From assembly GCA_028275885.1 (NCBI GenBank), contig JAPWTW010000004.1, forward strand, positions 1 through 32,000: a DNA stretch of 32,000 nt, given 5' to 3'. The stretch is from Candidatus Nanopusillus sp. (GTDB lineage: Archaea > Nanobdellota > Nanobdellia > Nanobdellales > Nanobdellaceae). Numbering within the stretch: the first letter of the stretch is position 1; each line of letters opens with the position of its first letter. Shown here piece by piece: positions 1-7,962 of the stretch. The position numbers and the translations under genes are program-made. The notes under the pieces were generated by a model that worked only from the letters and a program-made list of their open reading frames with translations, did no database searches and had not been told where the DNA came from.

Positions 1-324
1 ATTTTAAATAAAATACTATCTAAATTTCCATATAGTTGCATATAATATAATTTCAATAAAGTTTTAAAAGTATAATTATTTTCATACTTATTAAATAGAT
101 GAACTTTTTTATATAAGGTTTATAAATATTACTCATAGATTGTATATGATTATATCAACGAATATAAGTAATATATTATGTTGTGTTTATTGTTAACTTT
201 TTGAATTTATTTAGATGTTTTAATTTTATCATTAACATAATTTTAATAACTTTCTTTTAATTATATAGTTTATTTAGAAATTTATTGTAAAAATTTAATA
301 AAGTTCAAAATTTTTATAAATGGT

Positions 325-1527
325 ATGAAATCTATAAGTGAAAATATAATAGAGCTCATTGTTATAGTTATTATACTAATATTTGTAATATTAGTTTTCT
401 TTAATATGTTAAAAGGTCTTAGTTATGCAGGTAGACCAGAGGCAAAGTTTGGATATGCATTATCTGGAAGTATAAGTTTTATGATAAACCCAGTAGCACA
501 GGAAATATCCAATGCTGCAACAATTGCAAATGATATATTATTAGGAGTGGTTGCTGTTACAACTGTTGTTGGTATAGCTTCTGGAATAAAAGCAAATTAT
601 AATCAGAATATAAAGATCTTAAAAAGTTATGGATATACTGAAGAAGTACTGCAAAATATAGGTTTAAAAAATTTGTTATTTAAAGATCTTAGTACTGGAA
701 AAGCCCCAATAAATACTATTGCATCAAATATTGGAAGATCATATAAAAAAGTCTTTTTAAATCCAGCAGGTAAAGGTTTATTGACAGGAACGATTGGTTT
801 TGATGTAGCATCTTACTTATTAAATAATTTAGCATATGCAATTCAATCGCCAATTTTATATTATTTAGTTCCAGAAGGCGTAGTGGCTTTAAATTTAAGT
901 AATATCGATAATTCTGAAATAAAAGTAATGCTCAGGGATTTAAATCAATCATATGCAGATTATATAGAAAAGCAAGGATATTGTAGTAATCCAACAAAAT
1001 CAGAGTGCCAAAATTTATATACAACATATTTGATTGCGAAATATTTATTTTATACATATGGAGAAACATTAGGACAGAGTGTAATTATAGCAGGAAATCA
1101 TAATGAATATGCATTAATATTATTTGATTATGACAGTAAATATAATGTTACACTAAATGATGTTTTATGTATGTTGGGAATGATGGAATACCATAACTAT
1201 ATTCCATTACAAATTATGTATGGAGATAATGTGGTAGCAAATAGTAATAGTAATATTCCTTGTTATGTATTAAGTAATGTAAATAATGAAATAATGTCAT
1301 CAAATCCACAAATTTCAAATGTATATAATAAACTATTAGTAAATTCATATAAAGTAGATCAAAGTGGCGTTCCTCAAAACATAGGATCAACTTCAGATAA
1401 TCCCCCACCAGATGGAGTTATAATTATTCCAGGTAATCTAACCTTACCAAATGGTATAATAATAGAATATACATATGAAGGGGGAAATAGAGTAATTCTA
1501 TTAACATCAATTGTTGGGGCAAGATAG
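325..1527 (+). CDS. Orphan N-terminally anchored membrane/secreted protein, gene 1 of the 9-gene cluster
   Basis: 400-aa ORF. N-terminus MKSISENIIELIVIVIILIFVILVFF. Second small-residue hydrophobic stretch ILLGVVAVTTVVGIASGI. Short Cys loop CSNPTKSEC. No family recognised. Confidence 0.6.
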   Translation: MKSISENIIELIVIVIILIFVILVFFNMLKGLSYAGRPEAKFGYALSGSISFMINPVAQEISNAATIANDILLGVVAVTTVVGIASGIKANYNQNIKILKSYGYTEEVLQNIGLKNLLFKDLSTGKAPINTIASNIGRSYKKVFLNPAGKGLLTGTIGFDVASYLLNNLAYAIQSPILYYLVPEGVVALNLSNIDNSEIKVMLRDLNQSYADYIEKQGYCSNPTKSECQNLYTTYLIAKYLFYTYGETLGQSVIIAGNHNEYALILFDYDSKYNVTLNDVLCMLGMMEYHNYIPLQIMYGDNVVANSNSNIPCYVLSNVNNEIMSSNPQISNVYNKLLVNSYKVDQSGVPQNIGSTSDNPPPDGVIIIPGNLTLPNGIIIEYTYEGGNRVILLTSIVGAR

Positions 1528-1557
1528 TTTATAAATTACAAAGTTTTTAGATTTATA

Positions 1558-1704
1558 ATGGAAACTGGAGAACTTTTAAAGATAATTTTAGCATTAATAT
1601 TCATTATACTAATATTAATATTTGTTTTTATCATATTAGGGCCAAAAATAGGGCTAAATATAGATATATTTGCTAAATATCAATTAATAAGAGGAAATGG
1701 ATAA
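1558..1704 (+). CDS. Micro-ORF (48 aa), single hydrophobic helix; cluster gene 2
   Basis: Hand-translated, below the ORF-track cutoff: METGELLKIILALIFIILILIFVFIILGPKIGLNIDIFAKYQLIRGNG. Its stop overlaps the next start by 8 nt (ATGGATAA). Confidence 0.45.
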   Translation: METGELLKIILALIFIILILIFVFIILGPKIGLNIDIFAKYQLIRGNG

Positions 1705-1882
1705 AAAAACTCAAGTAAATACTTTTTTAATAGCAGTAATATTATTTATAGTTGCCTTAGTACTATTAGTAATATTTATGTATTCTTATTTCAAAGGTGG
1801 AGTAAATTTATTTAATAGTATACCACAAACAAATGGCACAAATGTTGTAAATAGTATAAATAGTAATAACTATGGAGGCTGA
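1697..1882 (+). CDS. Micro-protein (61 aa), single hydrophobic helix; cluster gene 3
   Basis: ORF track. MDKKTQVNTFLIAVILFIVALVLLVIF followed by an N/S/G-rich tail. Overlaps both neighbouring ORFs. Confidence 0.5.
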   Translation: MDKKTQVNTFLIAVILFIVALVLLVIFMYSYFKGGVNLFNSIPQTNGTNVVNSINSNNYGG

Positions 1883-2033
1883 TAATGCAATAAACTTTTT
1901 AATATTTTTAATTATTGCAATGGTAATAATAATTTTAGCAATATTATTTTATTATAATATAGTAAATAACTCTATGCAAGTAAATGTAACAAATGTAGGA
2001 CACAAATTATTAAATCAATCTGGATTGAGATAA
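1872..2033 (+). CDS. Micro-ORF (53 aa), single hydrophobic helix; cluster gene 4
   Basis: Hand-translated, below the cutoff: MEADNAINFLIFLIIAMVIIILAILFYYNIVNNSMQVNVTNVGHKLLNQSGLR. Overlaps the upstream ORF by 11 nt. Its stop lies 1 nt before the next ATG. Confidence 0.45.
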   Translation: MEADNAINFLIFLIIAMVIIILAILFYYNIVNNSMQVNVTNVGHKLLNQSGLR

Positions 2034-2034
2034 T

Positions 2035-2958
2035 ATGAAGAGTAATTTTCTTAGAATAATTTTTGATATAATAGTATTAATTGTACTGGCAGTTTTAATA
2101 CTCTATATTATTATGGTATTTATTGGAGTTGCTATGGGAAATGATTTAAAATATATTGAATATTTAAATTCAATTGCTGATAGTATAAATAACAATTATT
2201 ATGGAAGAGTATTTATAAATAATTATGATTACAATTATGTTTTTGTATTGACAAATAATGATGGATGGTACTTGCAATTATATCATTGTCTACCCCCAAA
2301 TTTTGTTGTAGGTGCATTATCTGTTAAAATAGCATATTGGAATGTTTCTACGATAGATAATGGAGATACTGTCATATTTGCACCAGCATTAGTATATTGC
2401 AAATTAATAAAACAAAGATCACTAAATGTAAATCAAATAAATATAAAAATACAAGGATTAAATGCTGATGCAGGTTTATTGGCATATTCTTCTAATAGTA
2501 AATCTTTAGGTTTATTTCAAATTATTATAAATATAATGGATTATTTTTTTCCAGCAGCAAAATCAATGTTTCTTACTATAGTAAATGATACTATAATAAC
2601 ATGTAATAATAATGGATGTACATTTACATCTCTAAATGTTAGTGGTGGTAATATATATTGTGCTCCAAACCCAAATATAGATTATAAAAGTCAGGATTTA
2701 CCATATAATCCATCAAAATGTGTGGAACTATCAGGATTTCCAAGAAATCCTCAAATAGTTCTTAGTAATTTTGTAGGTGAAATAATAGATGCTGCTACAT
2801 TTGGTGATCTATTTACAAAGATCTTTCAGACAGATTTTCCAATATTATATTTTGCAGGTTCTTTACCACCAACAGCAATATATATAGAGGTAAATAGTAA
2901 TAGTAGTGAAAAAACAGCAAATATTAACATATATATAGGAGAAACTGTTCCTACATAA
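2035..2958 (+). CDS. Orphan N-terminally anchored, Cys-containing secreted protein; cluster gene 5
   Basis: 307 aa. N-terminus MKSNFLRIIFDIIVLIVLAVLILYII. Short Cys loop CNNNGC plus further Cys. Several N-x-S/T sequons. No family recognised. Confidence 0.6.
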   Translation: MKSNFLRIIFDIIVLIVLAVLILYIIMVFIGVAMGNDLKYIEYLNSIADSINNNYYGRVFINNYDYNYVFVLTNNDGWYLQLYHCLPPNFVVGALSVKIAYWNVSTIDNGDTVIFAPALVYCKLIKQRSLNVNQINIKIQGLNADAGLLAYSSNSKSLGLFQIIINIMDYFFPAAKSMFLTIVNDTIITCNNNGCTFTSLNVSGGNIYCAPNPNIDYKSQDLPYNPSKCVELSGFPRNPQIVLSNFVGEIIDAATFGDLFTKIFQTDFPILYFAGSLPPTAIYIEVNSNSSEKTANINIYIGETVPT

Positions 2959-2959
2959 T

Positions 2960-4060
2960 ATGGATCTAGATGAATTATTAGATGCAATAATAGCATCAAT
3001 ATTTTTAATAATTGTATCATTAATAGGAATATATTTTCCATATATTGTTGCAAGAATATTTGGTACACATAATCCACATTTAGTATTAGAAGTTGCTAGT
3101 TTTATTACATATTCTACATCTGAACCTGGAAATATAAATGCAGCATTTTTATTAACTAATGAACCAGTTTTTTTCTATGAATTTAGGATAGCTCCATCAA
3201 TGCCTTCTTACTTTCCACCAAATCCATTGTATGATAATAATAATTTTTTTGTTAGTATTGGAATATGTTATGTATACGATCTATGGCAACAACTTGCATA
3301 TAATGCTATAGATTCTTTTATATCTGCAGTAGCTTCATATATTCCAGGATTGAAGGCCGGTGGTACTACAACTTTATTGACAGCTTTAAACAATGTATTT
3401 AAATCTACACCATCAATTGCTAAACAAACATTAATGAACTTTGTTGGTACATATGCATTTTATACAGCACAATCTGCTTATTTACAATATTCATATGGAA
3501 ATAGTAATATTTGGGGTAATATTCTCAATGCATTACAATCATCAGCAGGACCTGCTTTATGGTCTACTGTAGAATTTTCTATAATGCAAGTTGCAGATAT
3601 GATATTACAACAAGTTATGCCATTTCCATGGGGTTTTGTATCAGGTGTTGCATTTAATTTAGCATTTACCTCAGCAATTACATTATTTGAATATTGGCAA
3701 GCTACTTCTAACCCATATATAGGTTGTTATTATAATCGATTTATAAATCAAGGTAATGGAAATTCAATATTTCCAAGTGGAAAATATACAGTATATCAAC
3801 CATATTTAACATTATCAATATATTATAATCCGAATTTTACATTTTATAATGGATGTGGGGATTATTATTTATGTGATCCAAGCTTTACATATATTTATAA
3901 TCCAAATGATAAAACTCAAAATAATATATTCAAACTAGATTTGGGAAATATAAATGATAAAGGTCAAGAAGTATTTCCAGAGTTTATTATTTTATCAAAG
4001 GTAGGTTCAGAATCTGGAGGCCCATATTTAAATGTATCAATATTATCTTCTAGATCATGA
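2960..4060 (+). CDS. Orphan N-terminally anchored protein with a long A/S/T/G/Q-rich low-charge central region; cluster gene 6
   Basis: 366 aa. N-terminus MDLDELLDAIIASIFLIIVSLIGIYF. Central segment ISAVASYIPGLKAGGTTTLLTALNNVF...GFVSGVAFNLAFTSAITLF. CGDYYLC loop near the C-terminus. Confidence 0.6.
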   Translation: MDLDELLDAIIASIFLIIVSLIGIYFPYIVARIFGTHNPHLVLEVASFITYSTSEPGNINAAFLLTNEPVFFYEFRIAPSMPSYFPPNPLYDNNNFFVSIGICYVYDLWQQLAYNAIDSFISAVASYIPGLKAGGTTTLLTALNNVFKSTPSIAKQTLMNFVGTYAFYTAQSAYLQYSYGNSNIWGNILNALQSSAGPALWSTVEFSIMQVADMILQQVMPFPWGFVSGVAFNLAFTSAITLFEYWQATSNPYIGCYYNRFINQGNGNSIFPSGKYTVYQPYLTLSIYYNPNFTFYNGCGDYYLCDPSFTYIYNPNDKTQNNIFKLDLGNINDKGQEVFPEFIILSKVGSESGGPYLNVSILSSRS

Positions 4061-4908
4061 GGTCACTATCTTTAAAAGATATAATTGAATATATAACTGC
4101 TGCAGTTATTATTATATTTGTATTTTTTGTTATAGCAATATTATATACATTATTTAATATTGAATCATATTCAGAATATACTTATCAACAATTTACAAAT
4201 AGTTTATTAATTGATAGATTAAATTATTGTTTATATGAAAATACCAAAAATCCATTATTATTATTTTATGCTCCAAATCAAAATATTATTAATAAATATA
4301 ATAATATATATCAACAATGCTTTATGAACATATCTGGAACATTTTACTATTTTATTAATCAATCAAACCAATCAAACAAATTTATATATACCTATCTAAA
4401 TTTTTCTTATAATGATTATATATATTTCTTTTTCTATAATATTAACAATATAAATAATTCATATTCATACGATCCATATAATCTTAGTTTTAAATATAAT
4501 ATAAGTGTATCTCCATATAGGGTTGCATACAATATTTATAGTTTAAATTATACATATGATGGAAATTTACAATCTTTAAATCAATTTTTAATCAACTATT
4601 TCTATAATTATAGTTTATATATATATAATGAGACAAAAAATATATATCAAAACTATGAAATCATAAATAATGCTAAAATAATTAGTTATGTAGAATATGG
4701 AGAAAATTTTTATTATGATGAAGTATATATTCAACCAATAGTATCATATTATATTGTTTTACCAGAATATAATAGTGGGGAACCTGTAATAGTATCTTTA
4801 TATGGGGTAGGATATCTTTATATGAATGGTATATATAATACCACATGTGATATATTTGCTGGGGGCCAAATAAATATATCTTCATGTAAAATTACTAAAA
4901 TACAATGA
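4057..4908 (+). CDS. Orphan N-terminally anchored, strongly sequon-rich protein; cluster gene 7
   Basis: 283 aa. ATGA overlap with the upstream gene. N-terminus MRSLSLKDIIEYITAAVIIIFVFFVIAIL. I count 12 N-x-S/T sequons by hand. 4 Cys. Confidence 0.6.
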   Translation: MRSLSLKDIIEYITAAVIIIFVFFVIAILYTLFNIESYSEYTYQQFTNSLLIDRLNYCLYENTKNPLLLFYAPNQNIINKYNNIYQQCFMNISGTFYYFINQSNQSNKFIYTYLNFSYNDYIYFFFYNINNINNSYSYDPYNLSFKYNISVSPYRVAYNIYSLNYTYDGNLQSLNQFLINYFYNYSLYIYNETKNIYQNYEIINNAKIISYVEYGENFYYDEVYIQPIVSYYIVLPEYNSGEPVIVSLYGVGYLYMNGIYNTTCDIFAGGQINISSCKITKIQ

Positions 4909-5384
4909 GGATACAAATAGGTTTCTTTTTATCATTTGTTATTGCAATATTAATAATTATAGCTCTATTATTTATATTTATCTTTAATATATTTTCATAT
5001 GGAAATCCAACACTAAATAATATTGCAAGTTTAAATGCTGTTGGTATTGAATATAAATCTGCAAATGGTTTTTTGAATTCTCTAATTTATTTTAATAATG
5101 TAACAGTACCAGTAATAGATATATATGCAGGTTTTAATAATAATAAGGCATTGAATGATTATATAATAAATGAATTAACAAATAATGTATTATATTATTT
5201 AAATAATTCTGCTACAATTATAACATTTTATTTAGATAATACAATAATTGGAGTATGTCCAAATAAAGAATATATAGATTATAATGTTTATTTAAATGGT
5301 AAATTATATACATTCTATGTTTGTCCACCAACAGTATTATATAATTTTTATGTAAATTATAGTATCTATACTTATATAACTTAA
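4905..5384 (+). CDS. Orphan N-terminally anchored small protein; cluster gene 8
   Basis: 159 aa. ATGA overlap with the upstream gene. N-terminus MRIQIGFFLSFVIAILIIIALLFIFIF followed by about 130 aa that look beta-rich. Confidence 0.55.
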   Translation: MRIQIGFFLSFVIAILIIIALLFIFIFNIFSYGNPTLNNIASLNAVGIEYKSANGFLNSLIYFNNVTVPVIDIYAGFNNNKALNDYIINELTNNVLYYLNNSATIITFYLDNTIIGVCPNKEYIDYNVYLNGKLYTFYVCPPTVLYNFYVNYSIYTYIT

Positions 5385-5416
5385 AGTTAATAATCTTAAA
5401 AACATATTGAATTTAT

Positions 5417-6910
5417 ATGAAAACATCTTTAGCACCAATTGCATTATTCATGGGAGTAATAATTTTAACTGTCTTTGGTATATATTATTTAAATTCTCAG
5501 ATTCAACGTGCAACAGAATCTTTAAAATATTTAAGTGAAGATTATATAGCATATCAAGGATTTTTATATTTATTATTTGTTTATATACCATTTGATATTA
5601 GATATAATTTATTGAATAACCTTTTAACAAATATTTTTTCAGGATCTACATATAATATAAATTATGTATTTGGGAATAATATTCCAGATTATTATTCACA
5701 ATGTGAAATACCCTTTTTATTTAATTTAGAAAAAGTAGAAAATAATCATAATATAATTTATTCATTATGTGTTCCAGTAATTCCTTTAAATAATGTAAGT
5801 AATTACCAAAATATTATAAATATATTAGGTAATATTGGAAATATTGTAAACAAAGATTTAAAAGAAGAAATTGGATATTTAAACACAAATTTAAATTTTA
5901 AATATGCAAATTTTTCATATCAAACTTTTTATTATGATATTTCTGAAAATAGTTTTATATTATCAAATCCGCAATATTCATTCTTTGTATTAAATAAATA
6001 TGAAAGAAGTTTGACTTTTCCACAACTAAATTATAGGATAGAATATTCAATATATCCGTATTTATTGTACTATAATGAATTAATAGGTTATTTATATAAT
6101 AGAACATTTCAATTTATATATTATAATTTAACAAACCAATCAAATTATTTATATTTATATAAAAATTCATATTCTAAAGAAACAATTAGAGATAATTTAT
6201 ACTTAAATTTATCATTTAATAATACATATTACTATGTTTTAGATTTATACACATCTCAACTTTTACCAGTACAATATCCAAATATTACAAATGTGACAAT
6301 TGTAATACCATGTGAATCAGTTGGACAAATTGTTAATAATCAATGTATAATAGATGATAAATATTCTGAATATATGTATGCATGCTTATATTTAAATACA
6401 AGTCAAATTTTATCTATTTTTAATTATCAAGTATTAGATGAGGTAAATATATTTAATGGATATTGGTATAATATAACTAATGTAAGTATTAGTATTGAAA
6501 AAAATGTAAAAGTTAGTAGAAGATTTGTAGAAAATGCTTTAGAAATGTATACATATTATACTGGTGGATATTATCCAGCTTTAATACATTTAAATATTCA
6601 AATAAATTATAGTAATGTCAGTTGTTCTATAAATAATCAAATAATAAAATTTGGACCATATGATAGTTATTTTAACTGTTTATCATCACAAAACTTATTG
6701 AAAAATCTTTTGCCAAATATATGTACAATAAGTGAATTTGGATGTTATAATGATAATGTAAATTATTATTTTAATGCTAAATGTTATGTTGTAGAATCAT
6801 ATATAAATAATCAGTTTATGTACAATTATTATTTATATAAATTTGTAAAAATAAATAATGAAACAATAGACAGTTATTGTGATGATTCATATTGTTATAT
6901 AATAGGATAA
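5417..6910 (+). CDS. Orphan N-terminally anchored, Cys-rich, sequon-rich large protein; cluster gene 9
   Basis: 497 aa. N-terminus MKTSLAPIALFMGVIILTVFGIYYL. About 15 N-x-S/T sequons by hand. Short Cys loops (CESVGQIVNNQC, CTISEFGC, CDDSYC). Confidence 0.6.
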   Translation: MKTSLAPIALFMGVIILTVFGIYYLNSQIQRATESLKYLSEDYIAYQGFLYLLFVYIPFDIRYNLLNNLLTNIFSGSTYNINYVFGNNIPDYYSQCEIPFLFNLEKVENNHNIIYSLCVPVIPLNNVSNYQNIINILGNIGNIVNKDLKEEIGYLNTNLNFKYANFSYQTFYYDISENSFILSNPQYSFFVLNKYERSLTFPQLNYRIEYSIYPYLLYYNELIGYLYNRTFQFIYYNLTNQSNYLYLYKNSYSKETIRDNLYLNLSFNNTYYYVLDLYTSQLLPVQYPNITNVTIVIPCESVGQIVNNQCIIDDKYSEYMYACLYLNTSQILSIFNYQVLDEVNIFNGYWYNITNVSISIEKNVKVSRRFVENALEMYTYYTGGYYPALIHLNIQINYSNVSCSINNQIIKFGPYDSYFNCLSSQNLLKNLLPNICTISEFGCYNDNVNYYFNAKCYVVESYINNQFMYNYYLYKFVKINNETIDSYCDDSYCYIIG

Positions 6911-7483
6911 AAGATTTTTATAAAATATATCCATTCTTTTTCTCATTTTCTTCAATTTTTCATTTGCCTCTCTTACTAAATTATAAAAATATTCTTTACT
7001 TATTAATAATTTTTTATTTTTTGATACAATTGTTTCAATTTTTTCGTTTCCAACAATTTCAACCATTACCCTTTTATCATTTATTAAAAATATTCCTGAA
7101 TGTTTAAATCCAGATTTTCTTGCAATATTTAATAGTTCATATGCTCTTTCTATATTTCTTGAAGACACATGCAAAATAAATGGTTCTTGTTTAAAGTATA
7201 TTTTCTCATCATAATTTTTATATACATCTAATAGTTTATTCCATATATAATAAAAGTTTACATAATAATGTGATTTAAATAAAAATTCTGCCTCGAATTT
7301 TTTCCCACTTTTTGGTATTTTTAATAAAATTATCCTGCCTGCACATGATGATGTTGTAAAAAAGAAATCCAATGAATTAATAAAATCTAAAATATAATAT
7401 ATTGGTTGATCTGCTAAATATTTTTCCTTAGCCTCTTCAAGTTTTTTCATATGATATATTTTTAACTTATAAAATTCATCCAT
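6887..7483 (-). CDS. taw3: tRNA wyosine-derivative methyltransferase, Taw3/TYW3 family
   Basis: About 200 aa with the TYW3-family signature FFTTSSCAGRI (family consensus as recalled TSSCSGRI). An alternative start exists at Met12. Confidence 0.7.
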   Translation of the reverse strand: MDEFYKLKIYHMKKLEEAKEKYLADQPIYYILDFINSLDFFFTTSSCAGRIILLKIPKSGKKFEAEFLFKSHYYVNFYYIWNKLLDVYKNYDEKIYFKQEPFILHVSSRNIERAYELLNIARKSGFKHSGIFLINDKRVMVEIVGNEKIETIVSKNKKLLISKEYFYNLVREANEKLKKMRKRMDIFYKNLLSYYITI

Positions 7484-7488
7484 ATATT

Positions 7489-7962
7489 ATGGATAGAGAA
7501 AAAATAATATTAAATATGTTATTTCTAGTATTTTCTATACCAGTAATTTACCTAATATATTATTCATATTCGACATATTTTAGTGAAAATAAGATGGTAA
7601 ATCCTAAAAATATATATGATCTATATATATCAAATTTTACAGTGAGTGGAAATTACTTTTCCTTTAATGTAAATAATCCAAATAATTATTCTGTTGAAAT
7701 ATATTTTTCATATTTAGCATTAAAAAATTCATATCAAACATCATCAATAATAGCTTCTGGAAGTTTTTTACAAAATATATATGTAATACAACCAAATAGC
7801 TATATTATATTACAATATAATTTTGAATTAGATGATCAAACAAGATTAACAATTATTCAATGGGAAAAACTTGGTGGAATTTTATATTTAACATTATATT
7901 ATTCATCTGTAGGAAATAATTCTATTAGTGGAATAATAAACTATCAAATAGAAAAAATCTAG
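7489..7962 (+). CDS. N-terminally anchored protein with a possible LEA_2/WHy-like beta domain
   Basis: 157 aa. N-terminal helix ILNMLFLVFSIPVIYLIYY. FSFNVNNPNNYSVEIYF resembles the NPN-containing strand pattern of LEA_2 domains. This is recalled from memory only. Confidence 0.4.
   Translation: MDREKIILNMLFLVFSIPVIYLIYYSYSTYFSENKMVNPKNIYDLYISNFTVSGNYFSFNVNNPNNYSVEIYFSYLALKNSYQTSSIIASGSFLQNIYVIQPNSYIILQYNFELDDQTRLTIIQWEKLGGILYLTLYYSSVGNNSISGIINYQIEKI

Noticed and set aside
290-324. Individual BRE/TATA promoter calls about 25-30 nt upstream of start codons (for example TTTAATAAA near 294-302 before the cluster, and tttttaaatata near 10371-10382 before P1), implying leaderless mRNAs
   Set aside because: TATA-like strings occur almost everywhere in this composition. 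Without transcript 5' ends or statistics I cannot separate signal from background, so these are not reported as features.
1-324. A possible truncated gene at the left edge of the window
   Set aside because: The only ORF is a 26-codon minus-strand ORF starting near 137. No longer frame is open on either strand, so the region is treated as non-coding upstream DNA of the cluster.
325-6910. The orphan cluster as an integrated virus or provirus (many small TM proteins)
   Set aside because: No integrase, capsid-like, packaging ATPase or replication gene, no flanking att-like repeats and no adjacent tRNA were seen. Composition looks like the rest of the window. This cannot be fully excluded without structure-based searches.
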